Shown here one piece after another: positions 35,990-42,821 of a stretch of 52,123 nt of DNA. The DNA is taken from assembly GCA_021846165.1 (NCBI GenBank), contig JAJZCL010000001.1, positions 1-52,123 of the forward strand, given 5' to 3'. The stretch's first letter is position 1. Each line of letters opens with the position of its first letter. Position numbers and translations under genes: made by a program. The notes under the pieces are model-generated. The model ran no database searches. It was not told the DNA's origin and saw nothing but the letters and a program-made list of their open reading frames with translations. The DNA comes from Bacillota bacterium. Its GTDB lineage: Bacteria; Bacillota; Bacilli; Alicyclobacillales; SLC66.

Positions 35990-37561
35990 TTGATGGATCA
36001 TTACAACTTCGGCGCCGCTGTTGAGGCGTATGCCAAAAACAACAGCGACCAGATCGCCGTATTTATGCACACTCCAAGTGGCGACTCCAGCGTAACGTAT
36101 GCTGAATTGACAACGGAAGCCGCGAAATTGCATACATCGCTCATCAACCAAGGATTGCAAGCGGGAGATCGCATACTTGTTTTGCTGACTAGGGGTATTT
36201 TGTCTTATGAGATTTACCTTGGATTGAATCGAATGGGAGCCGTCACCTTACCAGCTTCCGAATTGTTACGGGCTGGCGACATCAAGTACCGAGTTCGCCA
36301 TGCGGGTGTCAAAGCAGTGATCGTCGCGTCCAACATTGCTGATGAGGTGGAAACCGCACTCACTGAATTTCCAGATGTCAAACGCTTTGTTGTCGGTGAC
36401 GATCGCGACGGTTTTGTTAATTTGTTGGATTTGATGAAAGAGGTTGATGACAGTTCTTTGTTGCCGCCGGCAGACACCGACGCAAATGACATCGCCTATA
36501 TTTCTTATACTTCCGGAACCACTGGCGGACCAAAAGGCGTAGTGCATGTTCACGGCTGGCCCCGCGCACACTTGGCAAATGCTGCGACGTATTGGTTTGA
36601 TGTGAAGGAAAAAGAATGGGCATGGGCAACAGCGGGTCCTGGTTGGGCAAAGTGGGTTTGGAGCCCGTTCGTGTCGATTATCGGCAAGGGCGGCACCGCA
36701 TTTGTATTCACTGGACGCTTTGAACCTGAGGTATTTTTGGATATTTTATCCACTTACCCAATCGGGCTGTTTTGCTCTACGCCCACGGAGTACCGCTTAA
36801 TGGCCAAGTCGGCAAAAATCGAAAGTTGGCAGCCAAAATGTCTGCGCAGTGCTGTCAGTGCAGGCGAACCTTTGAACCGCGAAGTGATTGATGTCATTTT
36901 TAAACAGAGCAACGTGATGGTTCGCGATGGATATGGGCAAACGGAAAATTCCTTACTCGTTTCGACGCAGGTAGGCATGGAAGTCAAAAAAGGCTCAATG
37001 GGCAAACCGTCGCCAAATCACAATGTGGTGGTCATCGATGAGGACGGAAAACCACTGCCAGTGGGCAGTGTTGGTGACATCTCCGTACACCGCACCGCGC
37101 CCACTCTGTTTAGAGAATATTTGTACGACGAAGAAAGAACGGCCAAGGCATTTCGTGGCGATTATTACGTGACGGGTGATTTAGGAAGATTCGATGAAGA
37201 TGGGTATTTGTGGTTTGAGGGGCGTGCAGACGACATTATCATCAGCGCAGGGTATACCATTGGTCCCTTCGAGGTTGAGGATGCCTTGATTCGTCATCCG
37301 GCGGTAGCCGAGTGCGCAGCGGTTGCGAGTCCTGATCCAGAAAGAGGCAGTATTGTGAAGGCGTTTGTGGTGTTAAAGGCGAATGTGGAGGAATCCCCTG
37401 ACTTAGTAGTGGAGCTTCAAAACCACGTGAAAAACACGACAGCACCATATAAGTACCCACGGGAAATTGAATTTGTGAAGGATTTGCCAAAAACGACGAG
37501 CGGGAAGATCCGACGCATCGAGTTGCGCGCTCAAGAGAGAAGTCGCAAGTTGTCACAGTAA
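35990..37561 (+). CDS. AMP-forming acyl-CoA synthetase (medium-chain/acetyl-CoA-synthetase-like)
   Basis: YTSGTTGGPKG (A3 motif), DGYGQTE, YYVTGD, and LPKTTSGKIRR (A10 motif with the lysine that Pat/CobB systems acylate). The start is TTG 35990 or ATG 35993. Confidence 0.9.
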   Translation: MMDHYNFGAAVEAYAKNNSDQIAVFMHTPSGDSSVTYAELTTEAAKLHTSLINQGLQAGDRILVLLTRGILSYEIYLGLNRMGAVTLPASELLRAGDIKYRVRHAGVKAVIVASNIADEVETALTEFPDVKRFVVGDDRDGFVNLLDLMKEVDDSSLLPPADTDANDIAYISYTSGTTGGPKGVVHVHGWPRAHLANAATYWFDVKEKEWAWATAGPGWAKWVWSPFVSIIGKGGTAFVFTGRFEPEVFLDILSTYPIGLFCSTPTEYRLMAKSAKIESWQPKCLRSAVSAGEPLNREVIDVIFKQSNVMVRDGYGQTENSLLVSTQVGMEVKKGSMGKPSPNHNVVVIDEDGKPLPVGSVGDISVHRTAPTLFREYLYDEERTAKAFRGDYYVTGDLGRFDEDGYLWFEGRADDIIISAGYTIGPFEVEDALIRHPAVAECAAVASPDPERGSIVKAFVVLKANVEESPDLVVELQNHVKNTTAPYKYPREIEFVKDLPKTTSGKIRRIELRAQERSRKLSQ

Positions 37562-37593
37562 TTACATGCACAATCTCATCTGCCTTGTGTATC

Positions 37594-37631
37594 GAAACCG
37601 CCCCCATCTAGTTTGAGTGTCGGGCGGTTTC
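37594..37631 (+). terminator. Hairpin after the acyl-CoA synthetase gene (no U-tract)
   Basis: GAAACCGCCC (37594-37603) pairs with GGGCGGUUUC (37622-37631) around an 18-nt loop. No T-run follows on either strand. Confidence 0.35.
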
Positions 37632-37670
37632 ACCCCACAGGGAAGCCCGATTGACTCCAAGTCGCAACGC

Positions 37671-37699
37671 TTGCATCACACATTATAATGCCATATAAT
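37671..37699 (+). promoter_or_regulatory. Candidate sigma-A promoter of tRNA-Arg
   Basis: TTGCAT (37671-37676), 17 nt, TATAAT (37694-37699). It ends 8 nt before the mature tRNA 5' end. Confidence 0.5.
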
Positions 37700-37707
37700 A
37701 TCTGCGC

Positions 37708-37783
37708 GCACCCGTAGCTCAGGTGGATAGAGCGGTGGTTTCCTAAACCGCGTCTTGCGGGGGTTCGAGTCCCTCCGGGTGCA
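37708..37783 (+). tRNA. tRNA-Arg (anticodon CCU)
   Basis: GCACCCG-UA-GCUC-AGGUGGAUA-GAGC-G-GUGGU-UUCCUAA-ACCGC-GUCUUGC-GGGGG-UUCGAGU-CCCUC-CGGGUGC-A. The acceptor pairs perfectly. U33 and A37 flank the CCU anticodon. My manual fold leaves an unusual 7-nt variable region. No CCA is encoded. Confidence 0.8.
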
Positions 37784-37802
37784 TTAAAAAATGTTGAAAT
37801 GG

Positions 37803-37840
37803 CGCGGGTTTTCACGATAATGAAGACCCGCGTTTTGTAT
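37803..37840 (+). terminator. Intrinsic terminator of tRNA-Arg
   Basis: CGCGGGUUUUC-ACGAUAAU-GAAGACCCGCG (11 bp including one G-U pair), followed by UUUUGUAU. Confidence 0.8.
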
Positions 37841-38102
37841 TTCGTGAATGATTGTTACTGACGTTCTTAATTGCCTGTAAACTGACGACGTTTATTGTCC
37901 AAATCTTGATAAATATCGTGTCCGACGCTAACCAGTCAAAGTGAACGTCATCCACGATCAGGACGAGTTGGATATGATGAATCGCGCACATCCGTTCGAG
38001 AGGTATCCAGCGTAGTCTGAAATCGGCGAATGGTCGTCGTTTTGCGAGTGCCGCAATCTTTAACATGGTTCGTGCAATGATCTTTCGAAATTGATGAGTC
38101 AT
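37812..38102 (-). pseudogene. Possible relic of an IS200/IS605 Y1 transposase (tnpA-like)
   Basis: The 96-aa ORF has HQFRKIIARTMLKI and IQLVLIVDDVHFDWL...VVSLQAIKNVS. These loosely resemble the KYRRK... and DHVHLL...LKGKSS blocks of TnpA. The 3' end overlaps the tRNA terminator. Weak call. Confidence 0.3.
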
Positions 38103-38226
38103 TTATCAAGTACGTTGTAAAACCCCGCACTTCAGTACTGTGGATATACCCCTACGGGGCACAAAGTAAGACGCTCGCCGTTAGGCGAATCTTTTCTTTT
38201 TACATCCAATATGGTACAAGGTAGCT

Positions 38227-38742
38227 ATGAAAACTTCCAAAGCGTATCGGTTTCGCTTCTACCCGACAGAAGAACAAGCGCAATGACTCTCCCGAATCTT
38301 CGGGGTTGTTCGCTATGTCTACAATTAGGCGTTAAAGCGAAAACGGACGCCTATTACAACTAAGGCCAACGGCTCTATTACAAAGAACTGTCAGCAAAGC
38401 TGACGATACTGAAACAACATCCAGAAACCGTATGGCTGAATGAAGTTTTGAGTGTGGCTTTGCAACAAGAATCGCGACAAAGCCAGAATCAAAGTTGAGA
38501 TGATTCATGCCAAGATTGCCGACCGCCGGCAAGACTCCTTGCACAAACTCACGACACAACTGATCCGCCAGAACCAAGTGATCAGTTTAGAGAGTTTGTA
38601 GGTCAAGAACATGATTCAAAACCACCACTTAGCCAAGTCCATTGCCGATGTAGGCTGGGGCGAACTTGTTAGACAACTCAAATAGAAAGCAGCTAGGTAT
38701 GGGAGAACGGTTGTGAAGATCGACAAGTTGATGGTGATTTAG
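38227..38742 (+). pseudogene. tnpB: TnpB (IS200/IS605 OrfB, RNA-guided-nuclease family) pseudogene
   Basis: MKTSKAYRFRFYPTEEQAQ is followed by a stop at 38284. After frame shifts the sequence continues LSRIFGVVRYVYN / VALQQ / IHAKIADRRQDSLHKLTTQLIRQNQVISLESL(stop)VKNMIQNHHLAKSIADVGWGELVRQLK(stop)KAARYGRTVVKIDK. These are all canonical TnpB blocks, but with stops, frameshifts, a large internal deletion, and no Zn-finger/RuvC C-terminus. Confidence 0.8.
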
Positions 38743-39276
38743 TTAGACATTATGATTTTCACCCTCGTTCTCAGTATCTTCCATTGCAACAGCCGTTTCT
38801 TTTTCAATTTGAATTTGTATATATTCATCATGCTTCGATTCTAATAATTTGAAATCACAGCATAAATACGCCAGTGGGTGTTTACGATTAGAACCTATTT
38901 TGTATACTTCATTTGCTTTTTTGTGAATATCCGATAGGTGTTGATTGCAGAATTTAAGTTCTGAGCGAAGTAAATTGCGATATGATGGAGCTTCCAAGCT
39001 AAAATCTTTCATACGCAAGACTTCATCGAAGGCTGGGAACATGAACGAAAAGCGAATAGAACTGATGGATCTACTCTTGTCTTTAATAATCAGGTTTGTT
39101 CTTTGTGGCGTATGAAAGGAGGAGATGGGTGCGAAATATTGATAGGAGTCGATCATCAATACGACACCGCAGACAAATTTATTATTTGTAGTGTAGCTCA
39201 TTTCTGGAACGTGATTATCAAATTGTTTTAAATATTGAATGTAGTCGTGATCTACTTCATATAATTTAAGCTTCAT
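38743..39276 (-). CDS. toxN: ToxN/AbiQ-family endoribonuclease toxin (type III toxin-antitoxin / abortive infection)
   Basis: 177 aa from ATG 39276 (GAGGTG 9 nt upstream): MKLKLYEVDHDYIQYLKQFDNHVPEMSYTTNNKFVCGVVLMIDSYQYFAPISSFHTPQ...FSFMFPAFDEV...YRNLLRSELKFCNQHLSDIHKKANEVY...CCDFKLLE. It is collinear with my recollection of ToxN and AbiQ (MKFYTISSKYIEYLKEFDDKVP...IGIVLEI.GHKYLAPLTSPK). It is preceded by the tandem-repeat RNA gene. Very AT-rich compared with the flanks. The track ORF (to 39426) wrongly reads into the repeats. Confidence 0.85.
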   Translation of the reverse strand: MKLKLYEVDHDYIQYLKQFDNHVPEMSYTTNNKFVCGVVLMIDSYQYFAPISSFHTPQRTNLIIKDKSRSISSIRFSFMFPAFDEVLRMKDFSLEAPSYRNLLRSELKFCNQHLSDIHKKANEVYKIGSNRKHPLAYLCCDFKLLESKHDEYIQIQIEKETAVAMEDTENEGENHNV

Positions 39277-39320
39277 ATAAAAAGGCACCTCAATATGATC
39301 CGCAACAATTCCTTCAATAT

Positions 39321-39348
39321 AAAAAGGGTTAGAGCATTGCCCCAACCC
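39321..39348 (-). terminator. Hairpin terminator between the repeat array and toxN (probable leaky attenuator setting the antitoxin:toxin ratio)
   Basis: On the minus strand: GGGUUGGGG-CAAUG-CUCUAACCC (9 bp including two G-U pairs), followed by UUUUUAU. It starts within the last 4 nt of the final repeat. Confidence 0.6.
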
Positions 39349-39516
39349 TGCATTAAGCTTCGCACTTTGGAAAGGTAGCGAAACACCCTGCATTAAGCTT
39401 CGCACTTTGGAAAGGTAGCGAAACACCCTGCATTAAGCTTCGCATTTTGGAAAGGTAGCGAAACACCCTGCATTAAGCTTCGCATTTTGGAAAGGCAGCG
39501 AAACACCCTGCATTAA
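39345..39516 (-). ncRNA. toxI: ToxI-like type III antitoxin RNA: 4.3 direct tandem repeats of 40 nt
   Basis: Exact 40-nt period. Units lie at 39345-84, 39385-424, 39425-64 and 39465-504, plus a partial unit at 39505-16. The RNA-sense unit is GUUUCGCUACCUUUCCAAAGUGCGAAGCUUAAUGCAGGGU. Only two variable positions exist across units. There are no spacers. A promoter lies upstream and a terminator plus toxN lie downstream. Confidence 0.85.
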
Positions 39517-39543
39517 AACGCTCAGTGATGCTTTTATCTTCAT

Positions 39544-39572
39544 ATTGTAATGAAAAGACGACGATTTGTCAA
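39544..39572 (-). promoter_or_regulatory. Near-consensus sigma-A promoter driving toxI-toxN
   Basis: On the minus strand: TTGACA (39572-39567), 17 nt (aatcgtcgtcttttcat), TACAAT (39549-39544). It ends about 28 nt upstream of the first (partial) repeat. Confidence 0.75.
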
Positions 39573-39610
39573 TGTGGCCGAGGAAACAACGTTTAAAGTT
39601 AACCCTGCCT

Positions 39611-39649
39611 GTACTTACCCTTGGTACTTACCCTTGGTATTTACCCTCG
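39611..39649. repeat. Three tandem 13-nt repeats upstream of the toxIN promoter
   Basis: gtacttacccttg (39611-23), gtacttacccttg (39624-36), gtatttaccctcg (39637-49). Confidence 0.7.
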
Positions 39650-40110
39650 TCAGTGAGTAAGAGCTTTGTGTCATATCGCAGAGCAGTACCCTCTGTTCAG
39701 ACTCAATCCTCGTCTATGGGTAAGATCCCGAAAATGTTGCGTATCGAAATTGCAATTGCTTCAGATGATATGCCAATAACAAAGCGGTTGTCATGATTTT
39801 CGAAAGAACCTCCTGAAGACTGTGGGTTCGTCCCTCTGGTTCCAACAATTGTAGCAGGAGCGAGAAGCGGACAGACATGCGATCCCGTTCTGACTTTTGT
39901 CTTTCACGCATCTTAGCATGTACAGCGATCACTTCATTTTGGGTTTTATCACTATGATGAACGGAATGAAGCCATGTTGAACTGGGATGAGCCTATTTTT
40001 CTCGTGGTCAAAAGTTCATTTCGCGCGTAAAGATAATTTTAAATCTTCATCCATATAATCGTTGACAATGAATCAATTATCGGCTGTGATTTCCAATCGG
40101 AGGTGCCAAA

Positions 40111-41319
40111 TTGAGTTCGTATAGCTATATTTCGCATTTAGAGTGTTCATTTTGTGGTACTGAGTACAAAGCGGATTCAAACATTCAGATCTGCGCTTCA
40201 TGCGAGCATCCACTTTTTGTTCGATATGACCTTGCTACCATGAAAAAAAGCATTTCCCGTGATGCACTTGCTGACAGACCGCAAAACTTCTGGCGATATC
40301 ATGAACTGTTGCCTGTGTTGCACCAAGAAAACATCGTGTCTATGAACGAACCATTCTCCCCCATTATCAAGCTGTCCGAATCCGGAAGCGATATGGGGAT
40401 CACTAGGTTATTCGCTAAAGACGAAGGTGTATTACCTTCCGGTACGTTTAAGGCTCGCGGCGCATCCATCGGCGTTTCCAAGGCCAAGGAGATAGGGGTG
40501 CGCGCCATCGGCATTCCAACTAACGGGAACGCTGGCGCTGCGTGGGCGCTTTACGCCGCTAAGGCGGGCATTCCCATCACCGTGGTCATGCCGAACACTG
40601 CGCCTGTCACCCCGCAAAAGGAGTGCCTGATTGCAGGCGCCAACCTGTACGTGATCGACGGAACCATTGCGGATGCCGGAAAAACACTCTCCCACATCAT
40701 CGATGCCGATTCGTGGTATGACGTTTCCACGCTCAAGGAACCCTATCGCCTGGAAGGCAAGAAAACGATGGGTTTCGAAATCGCCGAGCAGTTGGGCTGG
40801 AAGGTTCCAGACGTGATCGTTTATCCTACTGGCGGCGGCGCAGGTGTCATCGGAATTTATAAAGCGTTTCAAGAACTTCAGGAGCTTGGGTGGCTGGAAA
40901 AACGCATGCCCCGATTTGTTGTTGTCCAAGCCTCCGGATGCGCACCACTTGTCCGCGCATATGATCGTGGCGATCTGTTTTCTGAGGAGTGGCAAAACCC
41001 AGAAACGATCGCATTTGGCATGCGCGTCCCTAAGGCACTCGGCGACTATCTCATCCTTGACGTGATCAAGCAAACTCACGGCATTGCGATCAGCGTCAAT
41101 GATCGCGCCATTCAAGCGGAACGAGAAAACGTCGTCCGCAAGGACGGATTGCACGCCAGTCCGGAAGGCGCGGCTGGCATTGCGGGAGTGCGCAAGCTGC
41201 GTTCACAAGGTTGGATCCGCCCAGACGATACAGTACTCGTCATGAACACTGGTTCCGGACTCAAATACACAGACCAGATCACCGCCAAACCCAAAGCGTT
41301 TTCCTACTCCACAACGTAA
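40111..41319 (+). CDS. Fold-type-II PLP enzyme, threonine-synthase-like, with N-terminal Cys4 ribbon
   Basis: HLECSFCGTEY....IQICASCEHPLFVRYDL (Zn ribbon), PSGTFKARGAS (PLP lysine), and the VYPTGGGAG glycine loop. TTG start with a GGAGGTG RBS. Substrate cannot be assigned from sequence alone. Confidence 0.75.
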   Translation: MSSYSYISHLECSFCGTEYKADSNIQICASCEHPLFVRYDLATMKKSISRDALADRPQNFWRYHELLPVLHQENIVSMNEPFSPIIKLSESGSDMGITRLFAKDEGVLPSGTFKARGASIGVSKAKEIGVRAIGIPTNGNAGAAWALYAAKAGIPITVVMPNTAPVTPQKECLIAGANLYVIDGTIADAGKTLSHIIDADSWYDVSTLKEPYRLEGKKTMGFEIAEQLGWKVPDVIVYPTGGGAGVIGIYKAFQELQELGWLEKRMPRFVVVQASGCAPLVRAYDRGDLFSEEWQNPETIAFGMRVPKALGDYLILDVIKQTHGIAISVNDRAIQAERENVVRKDGLHASPEGAAGIAGVRKLRSQGWIRPDDTVLVMNTGSGLKYTDQITAKPKAFSYSTT

Positions 41320-41356
41320 TTGGAGCGACAATCGACAGATAAGGGGATACACCACC

Positions 41357-42790
41357 ATGAGTTCCAATGCGAAAAGCAGCTTCATCGCTGGCGAGTGGCG
41401 ATACAACAACGTTCAGGAGGAACTACTCGTCACTGTCCGCAACCCATGGAACGAAGACATTGTCTTTACTTATACGGAAGCCAGTCAGAGGGAGATAGAC
41501 GAGGCGGTACAGGTTGCGCAATCTGCGGCAGATCACCCGATCCCGCCGCGTGAAAGAGTTGCCATTTTGTCAAATGTAGCCGATCTTTTGTCTGACCGCA
41601 AGGAACAAGCAGCCACTTTGCTCACACAGGAAACGGGCAAGCCAATCCGCGACGCCAGACTTGAAGTGGAACGTGCCGTTTTGAACTATCGCGCATCCGC
41701 GCAGGAAGCGGCGCGTCAGCAAGGGTACACAGAAGCACAGGACGCCCCCGACGGAGAACGCATTTTCAGCATCACAGTAAAGGAACCGCTGGGTGTCGTG
41801 TGCGCCATTACTCCTTTTAACTTTCCCATTAATATTACATCTTTAAAAATTGGTCCTGCTCTGGCTGCGGGCAATGCCGTCATCTTAAAACCCGCCGACG
41901 CAACTCCCGCCACAGGCGCTTTCATTGTTGAACTGATGAAGGAGGGGGGATTGCCAAGTGGCTACCTCAATCTCGTCTACGGTGGCGCCAGCGTGGGCAA
42001 AGCGCTTGTGGCCAACCCGCACATCGCCCTTTATACGTTTACGGGCAGCGTCCCTGTTGGTGAGGAGATTAAGAAGAATTGCGGATTGCGACCTGTCATT
42101 CTTGAGCTTGGTTCTAACGCGCCGAATATCGTTCACCATGACGCAGACTTAGAAGCGGCGGTTCAAGCGCTAGTCAAGGCGGCTTACTCATTCGCCGGTC
42201 AAGTGTGCGTGTCGGCGCAGCGCATCTTCGTCCATCAAGCGATTTTCGACTCGTTTCTGGAGCGTTTTGTCACACGCGTGAAGGCCTTAAACATCGGTGA
42301 TCCGCTGGACGACTCTACTGAGGTGGGCCCGCTTATTAACGCGCATGCAGCGCTTCGCATTGAACGCTGGGTGAGTGAGGCGGTCGCACAAGGGGCGGTT
42401 TCGTTAACGGGAGGGGAGAGGCACGGCAGGTTGATGGCGCCTGTCGTATTGACCAACGTCAAGCCCGACATGGATGTGATGAGCAAGGAGCTTTTTGGTC
42501 CTGTCGTCAACATTTTATCGTACCAGACAGTCGATGAGGTCATCGCACGATGCAACGATAGCGATTTCGGTTTGCAAGCGGGGGTATTTACCAACGACCT
42601 GCAATTCGCGTTTGCGGTTGCCCACGGTCTCAAGATCGGCAGCGTGAACATCAATCAGTCGTCAACCGCGCGACCTGATTCGATGCCTTACGGTGGGATC
42701 AAAAACAGCGGCATCGGCAAAGAGGGGTCGCGTCCGTCAGTCGATTACATGAGCCACACCAAAGTCATTACCATACGCCACAAAATCTGA
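41357..42790 (+). CDS. NAD(P)-dependent aldehyde dehydrogenase
   Basis: ITPFNFPIN, LAAGNAVILKPA, ILELGSNAPNIV (catalytic Glu), and FAGQVCVSAQRIFV (catalytic Cys). 477 aa. Confidence 0.9.
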   Translation: MSSNAKSSFIAGEWRYNNVQEELLVTVRNPWNEDIVFTYTEASQREIDEAVQVAQSAADHPIPPRERVAILSNVADLLSDRKEQAATLLTQETGKPIRDARLEVERAVLNYRASAQEAARQQGYTEAQDAPDGERIFSITVKEPLGVVCAITPFNFPINITSLKIGPALAAGNAVILKPADATPATGAFIVELMKEGGLPSGYLNLVYGGASVGKALVANPHIALYTFTGSVPVGEEIKKNCGLRPVILELGSNAPNIVHHDADLEAAVQALVKAAYSFAGQVCVSAQRIFVHQAIFDSFLERFVTRVKALNIGDPLDDSTEVGPLINAHAALRIERWVSEAVAQGAVSLTGGERHGRLMAPVVLTNVKPDMDVMSKELFGPVVNILSYQTVDEVIARCNDSDFGLQAGVFTNDLQFAFAVAHGLKIGSVNINQSSTARPDSMPYGGIKNSGIGKEGSRPSVDYMSHTKVITIRHKI

Positions 42791-42821
42791 ATCGGATTAT
42801 CAATGAAAGAAGGCAACCGCA

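Larger units (their letters stand above)
37812..38742. mobile_element. Decayed IS200/IS605-family element remnant (divergent tnpA-like and tnpB relics)
   Basis: See the two pseudogene entries. Between them lie the palindrome ACCCCUACGGGG (38148-38158) and a degraded CCCCGCACUUCAGU... hairpin-like motif (38125-38145), reminiscent of IS605-type end structures. Confidence 0.55.

Noticed and set aside
37594-37631. Hairpin after the acyl-CoA synthetase gene as a Rho-independent terminator, or as an att/IS end
   Set aside because: The 10-bp stem is perfect, but the loop is 18 nt and no U-tract follows on either strand. I kept it only as a low-confidence feature and found no matching inverted copy elsewhere in the islet.
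37630-37815. 61-aa minus-strand ORF overlapping tRNA-Arg
   Set aside because: It is antisense to a well-formed tRNA with its own promoter and terminator, and it has no RBS.
39277-39426. N-terminal 50 codons of the 227-aa track ORF 38743..39426 (MFRYLSKVRSLMQGVSLPFQSAKLNAGLGQCSNPFYIEGIVADHIEVPFY)
   Set aside because: This stretch is a translation of the 40-nt repeats and the terminator hairpin. A good RBS (GAGGTG) and an ATG at 39276 give a 177-aa protein of ToxN-like length whose N-terminus matches the family. The extension is an ORF-caller artefact.
39345-39516. Could the 40-nt repeat array be a small CRISPR array?
   Set aside because: The repeats are directly contiguous with no spacers, no cas genes are nearby, and the array sits between a promoter and a ToxN-family gene. 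This is a tandem-repeat RNA gene, not CRISPR.
39714-39932. 72-aa minus-strand ORF (and the overlapping plus-strand ORF 39566..39796) as a possible integrase or recombinase remnant of the islet
   Set aside because: Only vague resemblance to tyrosine-recombinase blocks (..LLLQLLEPEGRTHSLQEV.., ..HLKQLQFRYATFSG). There are no clear catalytic R/H/Y motifs, a GTG start without an RBS, and a short length. I treat it as non-coding or decayed DNA unless a profile search says otherwise.
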